A DNA stretch of 64,000 bases, from assembly GCA_964016885.1 (NCBI GenBank), contig OZ024740.1, positions 165,540,001-165,604,000 on the forward strand, given 5' to 3'. The notes under the pieces were generated by a model that saw only the letters and a list, made by a program, of their open reading frames with translations, was not told the origin of the DNA and did not search any database. Positions 1 through 12,640 of this stretch are shown here, one piece after another. How positions within the stretch are numbered: the stretch's first letter is position 1; every line of letters starts with the position of its first letter. A program made the translations under genes and the position numbers. The stretch is from Eledone cirrhosa. Lineage: Eukaryota.

Positions 1-1750
1 ATAGTAATAATCATTGTTCCAAAGTGGAACATCTGCAGAGTATACAGTCACGACTGACGTGGTATACACTCATGGGGACGCCCGTCCCGGTCGCCATGGG
101 GCATGGCACCGTGGGTGGGGTATGATGTTCTATATGTTTAGGGCACAGGAGCGGGTGGCAGTGGACCCCGTGTTAGCCGGTCCCGACCCATGCGAAGTAT
201 CTTCCAATGTTGTGTGCTCGGTCAGGTGCGCCCCTGGTTTACATATGTCTGCCTCACTGGTCGCACACCGTCATCATGGCATGGCGTAAGATCCCCTACT
301 CCCGTTGGGCCAATCGGGTCTGTGCGTACCCGTTCCCATGCCCCCTGTCTGCGTCACCCAGAGGATTCCATGCTGCAAATGTGCATCTTCTCTGGTGTCG
401 GCATGTCATGATAATTTCAGACTTCAGGTTGACGGCGTCATCCTTCAGTCTGACTATCTCCATGGCCTCGTGTAGGCACAATCGGCACTTTCTACTTCCG
501 GCTGAATAAACCCTCGCGTGGCGAATGATACTCCATTCCAGGGCGCGCGGAGTGCCTTGGTCTTTCAGATCCCTCACCAGGTCCGCTAACCTAGTGGAGG
601 GCCTTTTGCTACGGTCCCTGAAGGAATTCGTGTGATTATACATCCGCGATTTAAAGATCGTGGATGTTGCGCTAATGTAGGTGCGATGCGCGTTTTGGGT
701 TGTAACCACACACTTGTATATTACGTCTTTCATCAAGCATTTTTCCTGTAAGGGGCCCCGGGTGCCCCCTCTACAGTTACATGTCCTGCTGTCAGTTCTT
801 GTGCATCCGATGTCCGGGCCTCGTTCTGTTATGGCCCTCTCAAGGTTCTCAGGGTGTTGTACAGCCGACACTGTTGTCTCCCCCATGCCACTGTTTCCCT
901 CTCAGTGTTGTACCATATCGCCCTCCGCGGGCGCTCTGGTCGCTTCGGAGGCCGGGTTGTCATTTGAGGGCAGGTCCCTGGTTGGTTCTCCGCGCTCCGA
1001 AAGACGGTCACTCTGTCGCCGCGGTTGACGGCCAGTGTGCCCCATTCTTCACCGCGTTAGTTTTAGCCATGTAGTCGGCAATATTAGGCGCTGGGGAGAA
1101 GGAAAATTTCACCGTGTGGCGGTTGAAGATTTTGTGGTATTTGTTTGTCGGCGGAAAGCACTCATCTAACGCTCGGAAGAAAAGTCCTGGTACGTTGGTG
1201 CGTACATGTTTGGAGTAATGCGCATTAAACCAGGTAGGGGCCTTAGATCTGTTCCTTCTTGTGCTTAGATTCTTGTTGGCGTGTCCGGGACTCGATGTAC
1301 GTCCCGTGCTCGGCGCAACCACAGTTACATCCAGTGTGTTGTCTCTGTCTATTTGCCCGCTATGTGCGTCGGGATTATGCTCTACAGTTATAAAGTTACT
1401 TCGTTCTATGTGGTCATCTATACGTCTATTCCCCTTAGGTCTATGTGATGCTGTTGTCGGTGCTATAGTACTACAACCAGGGTGGTCGTGCTCCGTGGCT
1501 TTTGCCCCGTTCTTTTATGTCGAAGTTCTGTCCGTGGTCCCAGTTGGCGCGGAGAATGCAGTGTTTGTGAGAGGCCCGTGCCTCCGCGTATTCGGTGGTC
1601 TGGCTAATACGGGTGCCTTAGTCCTACATCGGGTCGGTCCTGTGTCATTAATGCTAGTTCTGTTATTATTTGTGTTCCTGGATACTGCTACCAGGTCAAT
1701 TCTTCTACCTAAGAAGGCGCCCTCGCTATTGGCATTTCTGCACGCCTTAT
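1..1750 (-). mobile_element. Penelope-like retroelement (probable Hydra clade), 5'-truncated and frameshifted; linker plus GIY-YIG endonuclease
   Basis: ORF 1008-1322 has WFNAHYS..T.V...F....FP...HKIFNRHTVKFSFS..PN. ORF 296-886 has CNC, VIYKC...TYISAT...FKSR..NH..SF, LEWSII, KCRLCLHE and NLKSEI. The same motifs occur in ORF 13640-14716. Ends near a (TA)n tract; the 3' end runs off the window. Confidence 0.85.
296..886 (-). pseudogene. GIY-YIG endonuclease domain of a PLE
   Basis: VIY/YIS motif pair, conserved R and E, CxxC and LN.K.E motif. Confidence 0.8.
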
Positions 1751-1774
1751 AACTATATATATGTATGTATATGT

Positions 1775-1849
<75 letters not shown>

Positions 1850-1918
1850 AGTATACATATATATACATATATATATAGATAAGGCGTGCAGAAATGCCAA
1901 TAGCGAGGGCGCCTCCTT

Positions 1919-1923
<5 letters not shown>
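1706..1923. repeat. 45-bp inverted arms (1706-1750 / 1879-1923) flanking a (TA)n tract
   Basis: tacctaagaaggcgccctcgctattggcatttctgcacgccttat and its reverse complement, 1 mismatch. Confidence 0.9.
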
Positions 1924-1970
<47 letters not shown>

Positions 1971-2118
1971 GTATGTACGTATGTGTCTATATGTATGTAT
2001 ATGTGTATATGTATGTATATATGTGTGTATATATGTGTGTGTATATATATGTGTGTGTATATATATATATATATATACACACATATATACACACATATAT
2101 ACATACATATACACACAC

Positions 2119-2155
<37 letters not shown>

Positions 2156-2230
2156 TATATATATACATACATACATATATATTTATATATATACACACAC
2201 ACACACACACATATATATACATATATATAT

Positions 2231-2280
<50 letters not shown>
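1753..2280. repeat. Compound (TA)n/(CA)n/(TG)n microsatellite; similar tracts recur throughout the window (e.g. 26110-26400, 27140-27760, 43400-44490, 58820-59260)
   Basis: Read directly from sequence. Confidence 0.98.
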
Positions 2281-2281
<1 letters not shown>

Positions 2282-2370
2282 GGAGGTGAGTTTTATTGTA
2301 GTACAATAAAGCAATGCAAATATCGGATAAGTAGCACTCTACAGCTCGTAGGACTGGAGTATAAATAATA

Positions 2371-2684
2371 TATAACATCAAAAGATGGTTAAAAGAGTTC
2401 CATATATTTTATTATGCGCATTTCAAAAACAAATATCATCATGCGATGATATTTCCTCTTTCTCAGCCCCCCCCCCCCCATTTCTTTTTTCCCAATATCA
2501 CACATCAATCTAAAACTACTTTTCATATGTTGATTTAAAACTGCACTATTCACAAGTGTTTTTTAACCTTCATATCATGTGTCCCTATTTTATCTGATGA
2601 AAACACAAATGTCATCGCATGATGATATTTGTTTTTGAAATGCGCATAATAAAATACATGGAACTCTTTTAACCATCTTTTGAT

Positions 2685-2690
<6 letters not shown>
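2371..2690. mobile_element. PLE-type fold-back cassette (arms about 2371-2453 / 2607-2690)
   Basis: About 80-bp inverted arms; the right arm carries an HHR and ends in (TA)n. Confidence 0.75.
2586..2656 (+). ncRNA. Type I hammerhead ribozyme
   Basis: Stem I tattttat/ataaaata; CTGATGA 2594-2600; long stem II (acaaatgtcatc-gcat-gatgatatttgt); GAAA 2637-2640; palindromic mini stem III tgcgca; AUA cleavage triplet. Confidence 0.8.
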
Positions 2691-2739
<49 letters not shown>

Positions 2740-2742
2740 TGT

Positions 2743-3843
2743 ATATATCATCTAGCAATTGATTGACATACATATATCTAAAATAAATACATGAAACAAT
2801 CACAGGGGATAATTTGTAAAATGTGTAAGCACACACAGCTAGGCAGGTAACTAATTAAAGTTTGGCTAGAATTTCACATATAGATACCTTTTAAAATAAT
2901 CCTATTCACGCCACTGAGGTAATGATGGTACGATGTGTGTAGTTTTGAAATTGCAACACGAGCAATGCAGATTTGCATTTGCCGTGTAAACACAGATAGT
3001 TAAATCTTCACCCTTGTTGAAAATCCAGTATTTGACTCCTGTGAGTTTACGGATTAATGGTGAAATATATTTCTTTAATCTTCCTTGTATATATTACATT
3101 AAAGAAATATATTTCACCATTAATCCGTAAAACTCACCGTAGTCAAATCACGGATTTTCTACAAGGGATTTACACTTCTAAAAGGGATTTCAATTTACAA
3201 ATTATCCCCTGTGATTGTTTCATGTGCTTATTTTATATATATATATTCATTTTATTATATGTTATCCATGTGCAACCTGCAGTATTCTTCTCCCCATTTT
3301 TTCACATATATTTACCTAAACTGCGATTCTGTTTTTTTCTCTCTCTCTCTCTTACTGCTCCCTCGTTCTCTCTGTTTCTCCTATTTTCTTTCGCCCCCTC
3401 TGTCATGTCAGTTAACTCTTCCTCACACTTCCACTCACTCACTCACTGTTTCTCCCCTTCTCACTTCACCCCGTTCGCGACGAAAACATTTTCTCTCTTT
3501 CTCACATTTGGATTCATCCCGAAAGGTCTTTTTTCTAAGCGCTCATATATTTGCCTAGCTTATGCTAACAGAATAACTATGTAGCTTGTTCCCTTCCTCT
3601 CTACGGTTAGCTCTCCTCTTTGTTGTTATCTTGTCTCACTCGCTTTACGCGTTTTAATTGTCCTAATAACTTAATTTAGTTATTATTGCACCGACGTGAG
3701 GTATATGATTTTTAATGCAATGGAATATCTATGATCCTCGGCAAATCACTGATGAGGGACTCATTTTATTACATGTTATCCATGTGCAACCTGCAGTATT
3801 CTTCTCCCCATTTTTTCACATATATTTACCTAAACTGCGATTC

Positions 3844-3931
<88 letters not shown>

Positions 3932-4948
3932 TGCTCCCTCGTTCTCTCTGTTTCTCCTACTTTCTTTCGCCCCCTCTGTCATGTCAGTTAACTCTTCCTC
4001 ACACTTCCACTCACTCACTCACTGTTTCTCCCCTTCTCACTTCACCCCGTTCGCGACGAAAACATTTTCTCTCTTTCTCACATTTGGATTCATCCCGAAA
4101 GGTCTTTTTTCTAAGTGCTCATATATTCACCTAGCTTATGCTAACAGAATAACTATGTAGCTTGTTCCCTTCCTCTCTACGGTTAGCTCTCCTCTTTGTT
4201 GTTATCTTGTCTCACTCGCTTTACGCGTTTTAATTGTCCTAATAACTTAATTTAGCTATTATTGCACCGACGTGAGGTATATGATTTTTAATGTAATGAA
4301 ATATCTATGATCGTCGGCAAATCACTGATGAGGGACTCATTTTATTACATGTTATCCATGTGCAAGCTGCAGTATTCTTCTCCCCATTTTTTCACATATA
4401 TTTACCTAAACTGCGATTCTGTTTTTTTCTCTCTCTCTCTCTCTTACTGCTCCCTCGTTCTCTCTGTTTCTCCTACTTTCTTTCGCCACCTCTGTCATGT
4501 CAGTTAACTCTTCCTCACACTTCCACTCACTCACTCACTGTTTCTCCCCTTCTCACTTCACCCCGTTCGCGACGAAAACATTTTCTCTCTTTCTCACATT
4601 TGGATTCATCCCGAAAGGTCTTTTTTCTAAGCGCTCATATATTCACCTAGCTTATGCTAACAGAATAACTATGTAGCTTGTTCCCTTCCTCTCTACGGCT
4701 AGCTCTCCTCTTTGTTGTTATCTTGTCTCACTCGCTTTACGCGTTTTAATTGTCCTAATAACTTAAGTTAGTTATTATTGCACCGACGTGAGGTATATGA
4801 TTTTTAATGCAATGAAATATCTATGATCGTCGGCAAATCACTGATGAGGGACTCATTTTATTACATGTTATCCATGTGCAACCTGCAGTATTCTTCTCCC
4901 CATTTTTTCATATATATATATATGTGTCAATCAATTTCTAGTTGATAT
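2743..4948. repeat. Older fold-back element whose right arm is split by a tandem-array insertion
   Basis: 2743-2820 is the reverse complement of 3192-3236 plus 4920-4948; internal hairpin at about 3011-3170. Confidence 0.7.
3247..4910 (+). repeat. Head-to-tail array of about 515-bp units (3247-3760, 3761-4336, 4337-4852, partial 4853-4910)
   Basis: Near-identical units differing mainly in (CT)n length; each ends ...ggcaaatcaCTGATGAgggac; flanked by (TA)n. Confidence 0.92.
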
Positions 4949-5044
4949 AAAATTCATTGGAATCTTTGAGCTTATTCTACGGTGGATATGGCGCATGTCT
5001 CGGACAAGACACACTTAATTTAATTTTGTATATATATATATATA

Positions 5045-8000
5045 TATAGTGAAAAATGGAACGGGAACAAATCATAGAGGCAGTACGAACAAAGGTTTAT
5101 TAGCTTCACCCTCTTGAGAGTGCGGGGGGGGGGGCACGTTTCGGGCATCAGCCCTTCTTCAGGCGAAAAGTGTGTGGGAAGAGAGTTCCAAGGGTGTGTA
5201 GGGGAGTGGGGGACAGACATTTAGAATAGGGGGGACGGTGGAAGGGGTACAAATGAAAATAAATATAAAAAAATTATAAAAATTAAAATAAACATAAAGA
5301 TAAACAAGTGGTGGAAGGATGTGGGGCGTGTAGGGGTGGTGGCGGGTGGAATGAGGAGAGGGAGGCGTGGTGTACGAGCGGGGAGTGCTGAAGGTGGTGT
5401 GTGTATGTAGGTGTACGTGTGTGTGTGTGTGTGTGTATGTGAATGTGACAGTTGGGGGAAGAACGAGGTTCCATGTCAGAGGGGTAGGGGATGGGGAGAG
5501 CATTCTGGAGTCTGATTGTGTAAATATGTGGGAGTACGCACGTGTGTGTGGAGTTTATACGTATTGTGGATGTAGGTGGTGTGTGGGAAAAAAATGTTTG
5601 TGAGTGTATGTCCGTGGGTAAGTTCCTAAGGTAGTTCCGTAGAGGGTGTTGTGAGTTGCCGGATATTTTCCTTGTGATGGAGTTGATTGGTGGGAGCGAT
5701 GTCCAATGTGTGTAATCCGTGGTTGGGTTGGTCGGAAGATGGGAGATGTGGGGTGCGCGTGAAACAGGAAGTGGTTAGAGGGTCAAGGCAGGAGGAGGGT
5801 AGAGGAGAAGGACAGGTGGAGAGGACTGTGTGTCTGTGTGTGCGAGGAGGTGGTCAAAGGATCATGGCATAGCAGCAGTAGTGGAGAATTGCAGGTGGAG
5901 AGAGTCGGTGTGTCAGTGTGTGCGGAGGTGCGGTGGGCAGGGGAGGGGATGGGTAGGTGAAAGGTGGAGTGGGGAGGGGGTCGTGCGGGGTGAGGGGGTG
6001 TGTTAGTAGAGGTGTTAGTGGGATGTGTGTGTGTGAAGGGGTGTGGGTGGAGAGTGGAGAGGGAGAGAAAGGTATGGGACGGTGGAGGGAATGTAGTGTA
6101 CTGGTGTGTGTGTGCGTGTTTGGATGAGTGTGTATGTGGTGAAGGGGGTGTTAGTGAATGTTAGTATACTGGTGGTGGGGAAAGGGTTGAATGCGGGTGT
6201 GTTAGTGGGGGTCAGTGGTGGTAGGGTGTGTAGAGTGGGTGGTGTAAGTGGGTGTAGGTGGGTGGGTGTGTTCGTGTGCGTGGGGTCGGGGGGATGTTAG
6301 TGGTATTACTTGTAGGTTGGTGGGAGTGGATGTATGGGTGAGGGTTAGTGGTGGTAGTAGGGTGTGTGGATAGTGTGAGTGCGTGTATATATGTACCGGT
6401 GGGTGGGTGCGTGATAGGGGGAGTATGAGGGGGAAGGAGGAAAGGATGTTAGTATTGTTACTTGGAGGAGGGTAGTCGGGGTGGGGGTGTTAGTATTGTT
6501 AGTTGTGGGGTGGACGGTGAAAAGGAGGAGTGTGTTAGTGGTGTTAGTGGGGGATATGTGTGTGTGGGGGGTACAGGTCGGTCGAAGGCTAAAGGAAGAG
6601 GGGTGGGGAATTTAGGCCGGGGGGAGTGTGGGTCTGTAGGATGAAGATGGTGCGTTGTTCGACCCTGAGGTATTGCGTGGCATTGGAGTAGGCCACAGAC
6701 TGTGAGGTGGTGCGCGGAATGTCCAGGGGAGCCAAAGTGGGAAGATGTGGGAGGCAGAGAGGTCGGACTGGAGGCGTCGGAAGAGGCGGAGGATGGTGCG
6801 GTGGAGGGGTAGGCTGGAGGGGTGGTAGGTGATGGGGAAGGGGAGATTGTGGGTGGGTGGGTGGTGGCGTTGGGTGAGGGTGGTGGAGCGGTGGACAGCA
6901 CGGGCGCGAGTGAGGGTGGTGTGGACGATGGGGGCGGGACCTCTGCGGATGAAATGGCTGACTAGGGAAAAGGCTTGGGACTAAAAGTCAGCATCTCGGC
7001 TGCAGAGGCGGCGGATCCTGAGGAGTTGGGAGTAGGGAATAGAGTGTTTAGTGTGCGAAGGGTGGGTGGAGGTGAAGTCGAGGTAGGATTGGGAGTCGGT
7101 GGGTTTGAGGAAGGCGCAGGTGACGAGGGAGTGGTGGGAGGGGTCGAAGGCGACGGAGATGTCTAAGAAGTGGACGTGGGTGGTGGAGATAGCGGTGGCG
7201 AAGTGGAGGGAGGGGTGGAAGGAGCAGAAGAAGGAGAGAAAAGAGTCGAGCTGTTCTCGGGTGAGGGTCGTGGCTCCGATACATCGTCGATGTAACGACC
7301 GTACAGTTCGGGCGTGGGGCCGGTGTACTGGGCAAAGATTTGGGCCTCAACATGGTCACCGAAAAGGTTGGCATAGTTCGGGCCCATTCTTGTGCCCATG
7401 GCTACCCCCGTGACCTGTTTGCAAAACTCACCCGAGAAGGAGAAACAGTTGAGGGTGAGGCCAAGAAGGGTGAGGTTGGAGGGGATGGGGGAGGGGCGAA
7501 CGTCGTTGTAGTGCTTGAGGGCACGTAGGCCGTCGGCGTGGGAGATGACAGTATAGAGCGAATTGATATCTAGGGTGAAGAGGAAGGGCTGTGGGCCGGG
7601 TGGGAAGGTGAAGGAGTCGAATAGGCGAAGGGCGTGGTTGGTATCGGAGATGTGGGAGGGGAGGGTGGTGACGAGGGGGGCGAGGATTGAGTCAAGAAAG
7701 GCGGAGATGAGTTCGGTGGGGCAGTTGCAAGCGGAGACGATGGGGCGGCCTGGGTTGTCGGGTTTAGGGTGTTTGGGTGATGAAGTAGATAGAGGTTGTG
7801 CGAGGCGTGCGGACGATGAGGTGGGAAGCGGTGGGGGGGGGGGAGACAAGGTGTTGAAAGGTGCAAGAAACTTGTTGTTGGTAGAGGGGTGTGGGATCGG
7901 AGGGTAGAGGGCGGTAGAAGAGGGTGTTACGGGGCTGCCTGAGGGCTTCAGCCGTGTAGAGGTCAGCGCGCCACACCACCACGGTGCCTCCCTTGTCCGC

Positions 8001-8160
8001 CGGTTTTAAGACGATGTCATCTCGGCTACGGAGGGAGCGGAGAGCGAGGAGTTCGCCCCGTGAGATGTTATGCCGTTTGGTCCGGTGGCGGAAGTCGAAG
8101 CGATTTACTGCGCTACGGCAGGCATCGACGAATGCGTCCAGGGTGCTAAATTGCCTTGGG
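5045..8160 (-). mobile_element. Neptune-like Penelope retroelement, 5'-truncated and degenerate
   Basis: KPADKGG motif at about 7990-8010; PGRPIVSAC, LFTLDINSLYT, GVAMGTRMGPNYANLF and RYIDD in ORF 7163-7849; endonuclease C-terminal remnant (HF..PGH...LTVCGL, EQR.IF.L.T..P.GLN) at about 6610-6750; HHR at the 3' end; (TA)n on both sides. Confidence 0.85.
5134..5166 (-). ncRNA. Minimal PLE hammerhead motif, probably degenerate
   Basis: Minus strand CTGAAGA-a-gggc-tgat-gccc-GAAACGTG; cleavage triplet reads GUG and stem I is poor. Confidence 0.55.
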
Positions 8161-8247
<87 letters not shown>

Positions 8248-8504
8248 TATAAACTACCAGTTTAGCCCGGCGTTGCTCGGGTTTATTCATTTGCTATGAA
8301 AAGTTACCTACAGGTAAACGTGGCTTGAAAGCGAATAAGCTTATCAATTAAGTGCATAAAGCAGTTGAACCAGTTATTGAAAGTTACGAACCAATTACCA
8401 TTTTGGACAATCAATGATGGGTTAATAATCTTCCAATAGCAAATTTAGCAGACCAAAGTTGCAAGATGGTGGCCCTGATGCCGCACCAACACCTGCACCA
8501 ACAT

Positions 8505-11345
8505 CTATAGCACTTCTTTGTAGACGATATTGCGTGTCATCCCTTGAGGTGTGTAAGCAAAAAGTGTATTCCTGCTCCCTACGTGGGAACAGGCAACATA
8601 AAGTTGACCATGGGAGAAACATGGCTCCCCCAAATGGATGCACGCCACCGACAATGTTTGCCCTTGTGACTTTTTAATGGACATGACAAAACATGGTCTC
8701 ATCGGGAATTGGGATCGCCGGAAATCGAACGGGATATCTGACACCGAGGGGAAAAGGTTCATCCTTGGAATGAAAACATTCTCGCCTCTCCCGCACCCCG
8801 TTACAGTGGTGGCCTCAATCAAGTGACTTGACGACCATGCGAGTACCGTTCCACTGCTTTGGTGGGCGCAAGTTCCTTATTACATAATGAGACAGCCCAC
8901 CCTAGGGCTTAAGAATATGAGGTGGGAGCCCTGGAGGCTCAAGGGAATTTAATAACTCAACCGGATACTTAACGATATCGTCGGGGTCTGACGTCCGGTC
9001 GATAGATTTGAAGATGTGCTCTTTACCAGGAATTTTCTCAATCAGCTGCTCGTTAATAAAATTAACCATGGCATTTTTCGGATCAAGGATGGCTCTTTCG
9101 CTGAGCCAATCGAAGTTTTTAAAGTTAGATGAGACATTAGGAAAAACTGCCTCCCAAAGGTCAGAAGGGCTGCTCACAAGTTGCACAGGGAGTCGATTGC
9201 TATGCCGCCCTTGTCATCCGCAGGTACCTTGCCCTCACCAAGTGCTAACATGTTCTGAGCAAATGCTGCAGACATGTTGTCACCATGCAAATGAGCACGC
9301 ATATTTGTGCTCAGGTTCAAAGTCTTCACCTGGGGCCACAACGTGGACGACTTAAAGTCAGGCACGCACTTCATCAGCTCTTGTCCCTTTGGCGATGACA
9401 GGCTGCGTTTGCCGAAAATTCCCTGATAGCAGAAGGGTTACGCCACGCATAGGAGCCGTAGGATCCCTAATGTCTTTCAGGGTATTGTCCAATGCCTCAA
9501 GGGCACCCTTGTGTGCCATTGTGCACTAATCCCAAACAATGAGGCAACATTTTTTTAGAACCAAAGATTCGTGTGAGCTCTTGCTGATATTGCATGTTGG
9601 TTTTTCTATTTTATACTAAATCCAAGGGGAGTGTAAAGGTTGAACGTGCTGTCCTGCCTCTCGGCAGCAAAGTAGCAGCGATCCCGGAAGATGCAACGGC
9701 CAACGCAATTTTTTTCTCCTGACGAATCTTAGCGGGAATCAAATTTGTTACAGTTTTCCGGTACCCCCAGGAGCATCGAGAAAGTAAATACCCCCAGTCT
9801 GATTTTGAACCGCGTCAATGATAGTTAAATAGGCCAACCTTTGGCCGACAAACGTTTGGGCTCATTTTCCTCTAAGTATTGGGAAAGAGATTCGATGTCA
9901 TATGATGTTTCCCGCAACAAATCCGTGGCCAGCGATTGACGGCAAGCCATACGTCTCCAAATCACTCCCACCCATGTCGAGGAGGGCGTCCTCCATATCA
10001 ATGAGTGCCTTGTTGTAGATAATGCCGCTGTAAGCAACTTCCACTGAAGGATATTGCAGATGAGCCAGGCGCAGGAAATCCTCAGACATGAAGTCTCTGT
10101 TCTTGACCCATAAAGATTTGGGATCACCCAATTCACACTTTTGAAGCAAAATGGCAAAGAGTTCCCGTAGACCTTTAGGTGATTTCAACAAAGCCCCCTC
10201 TGCTAAAGTGGAATCCCATTGCGAATCATCTTCCAAAAGGCCACGCTTAAAGCAGGCTTCCCGGTACGTATCACATATTTCTCCATCAACGGTTTTGAGG
10301 TCCTGAAAACTTTCTGGGCCTACAACTTCCTGCAGAAGAAGGCGGAGATGAAAGCACTCATACTGACTTGGGGGCACAGTGTAAACCCTTCCAAGACAGC
10401 TGTCAAATTTTACACCAGGATGTCTTTCAACAGCCTGACTTGACTTTCTTCGCACTCAAGTGTTTTTCGACCATATAAAGTCGGATGGAACCTGGGGCTA
10501 CACAATTGTTTGCGCAAATGTATCGAACTGGCAAAGTTTGAAGAAACCTGTCAGAGTGGTCTCTTTCGGATCGGCGGCCACCATGGTGGCGGTTTGGTCT
10601 GTAAAGTAAACCGTTTGCCCATTTTCCAAATGTACCGTAAGCTGTACGATGGCGGGGTGCCGTTGGTGTAGGGGGAAACGAAAGAGGCGCCAAAAAGCTT
10701 CATTGCTACTGATGTACCGCCACGCCAGGTATTCTGTGACCTCATCAGAGCCCTTATTTACATATTTGCATATGTATTTTATAGACTTGACGGAGTTGCA
10801 AAACTCAACGTTGATGTGGGCGTTGAACATCTTCAAGACAAGCGGGCAGTAAGGGACCACCCATCTATTGTCGACCTGACCTCCCTTTACTGTTATGGTG
10901 AAGCCACCGTTCTCGGGCCGTCTCCGCCTGTACAGGGGTACCCATCGCCACCAGTCTGAGTCTCGTCAACAAATTGTTTGGGGTATCCCTTACTTCACGA
11001 CCCCCCTTTCAGACACTTGTGATGCTCATTAGAACCCGACGCACACGGACCATGTTAGCTTTGACGATGTCATGTAATTTCTGGTCAGTTGTTGGGTCAG
11101 GGATTTCAGCCAAAATGAAGCTGTCTATGGCATTTGAATTGATTTTATCAGCTAACCAAATCAAAATGTGAGCATGTGGCAGCCCTCGTTTTTGCCATTC
11201 GACGGTGAACATGACACATTTTACAGCCCCAAATACTTGACCTTTTTGATTAAACCCATGAGTTTAGCCAGTTTCAGTTTGAACACTCTGGCAATGAGGT
11301 CATGTCTGTTCGAATAATTTTGCCCAGTAAAAAGTTCACGGGTTA
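8505..11345 (-). pseudogene. Helitron RepHel (HUH Rep plus PIF1 helicase) with multiple frameshifts
   Basis: Colinear ORF fragments 11009-11212, 10498-10860, 9898-10455, 9174-9374, 8902-9186 and 8505-8822. Confidence 0.9.
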
Positions 11346-11449
11346 CATTCCGATACATATGTCTATAGCATTAATCTGTTATATGAAGTGTTATTTTGCG
11401 GGTTGTTATTTGCAATAAGCCGATTGAAAATGCCCCAGATAAGCCGTAT

Positions 11450-11775
11450 GACAATACGGAACGCTCAATACGGAACGCTCCACTGCAGTGTTGTCATATA
11501 GGGAGTGAAGAGCGACTGAGAGAGTAAAGGTGTTAAATTATAGAGAGAGGAAATATACGGAACGCTCCATATGATCATAAACATTGTTTCTCTCTCTGCA
11601 GTGTTGTCATATAGGGAGTGAAGAGCGACAGAGAGAGTAAAGCAGTTACATTATAGAGATGGGGAATATACGGAACGCTCCATTTGATCGTATACATTGT
11701 TTCTCTCTCTGCAGTGTTGTCATATAGTGAGTGAAGAGCGACAGAGAGAGTAAAGCAGCTAAATTATAGAGAGAT
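11450..11775. repeat. About 113-bp tandem repeat (about 3 copies) inside the Helitron
   Basis: ctgcagtgttgtcatatag.gagtgaagagcgac recurs at about 11483, 11596 and 11709. Confidence 0.9.
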
Positions 11776-12499
11776 CGTTATTGTTACGTTTGTTGTTTTA
11801 AAAATTCATCTGTTGCTTTTGAATATTTGTTATTTGATGTAAAATGTAAGTGTGTAAAATGTAACGTTGATAGAGCAGTATGTATTTAGTGTTATCGGCT
11901 TTTTAAATTTTGATATTTGATGTATGAGTGTCGTTATGACTGTAGAGAGGGGGAATAATCTATTGTAGAGAGAGGGAAGAGCGCCGAAGAGAGTAAAGCT
12001 ATGGTTGATGTGTTGCTGAGGTTTCAAAGTTTGTGTCGCGTTTCTTCAAAAGAAGTTTTGTCGTTCTAAATTGTAATGTTGATAGGGTAGTAGACGGAGG
12101 CAGTAACCTTTTAAAGCGAGTTGCAGAGGAGATTGAGGGGGGAGTAGAGAGAGTGATGAACCTTTTAAAGAGAGTTGCATATATTTATATGTATGTAGTT
12201 TCATATATTTGTTTTGGTAGTTGTGAGAGGAATGAAGCATGTAAGAGAGAGGGTTACAGCATGTATTTAGTTTTATCGATTTTATTTTCATAGAAGCAGG
12301 ACATTTTTGGCAAACATAATTACGTGTTGACCTGCCCTGGTAAATTTGAAGCACATTGGGAAAGAATTCATCAAAATCGGTGGAGAAATCTGGAAATGCA
12401 TAAAAATCATACACACACAGTGACAGACATCTGCTGTTTTATATAGAGAGAGAAGAGATATATACGTATACATACATATATATACACACAAACACACAA

Positions 12500-12640
<141 letters not shown>

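Larger units (their letters stand above)
8254..12458 (-). mobile_element. Helitron with both termini and a degenerate, internally deleted RepHel gene
   Basis: 5' A|TC at 12458; 3' hairpin cccgagcaacgccggg (8266-8281) followed by GTAG|T (variant of CTAG); Rep motifs EWQKRGLPHAHIL and KYICKYVNKG; PIF1 helicase motifs FLDAPGGTGK, QFP...KSQGQTL and FSHGQLYVA. Confidence 0.9.

Noticed and set aside
11450-11775. Regularly spaced repeats resembling a CRISPR array
   Set aside because: Whole units repeat, there are no unique spacers or cas genes, and the context is a eukaryotic Helitron
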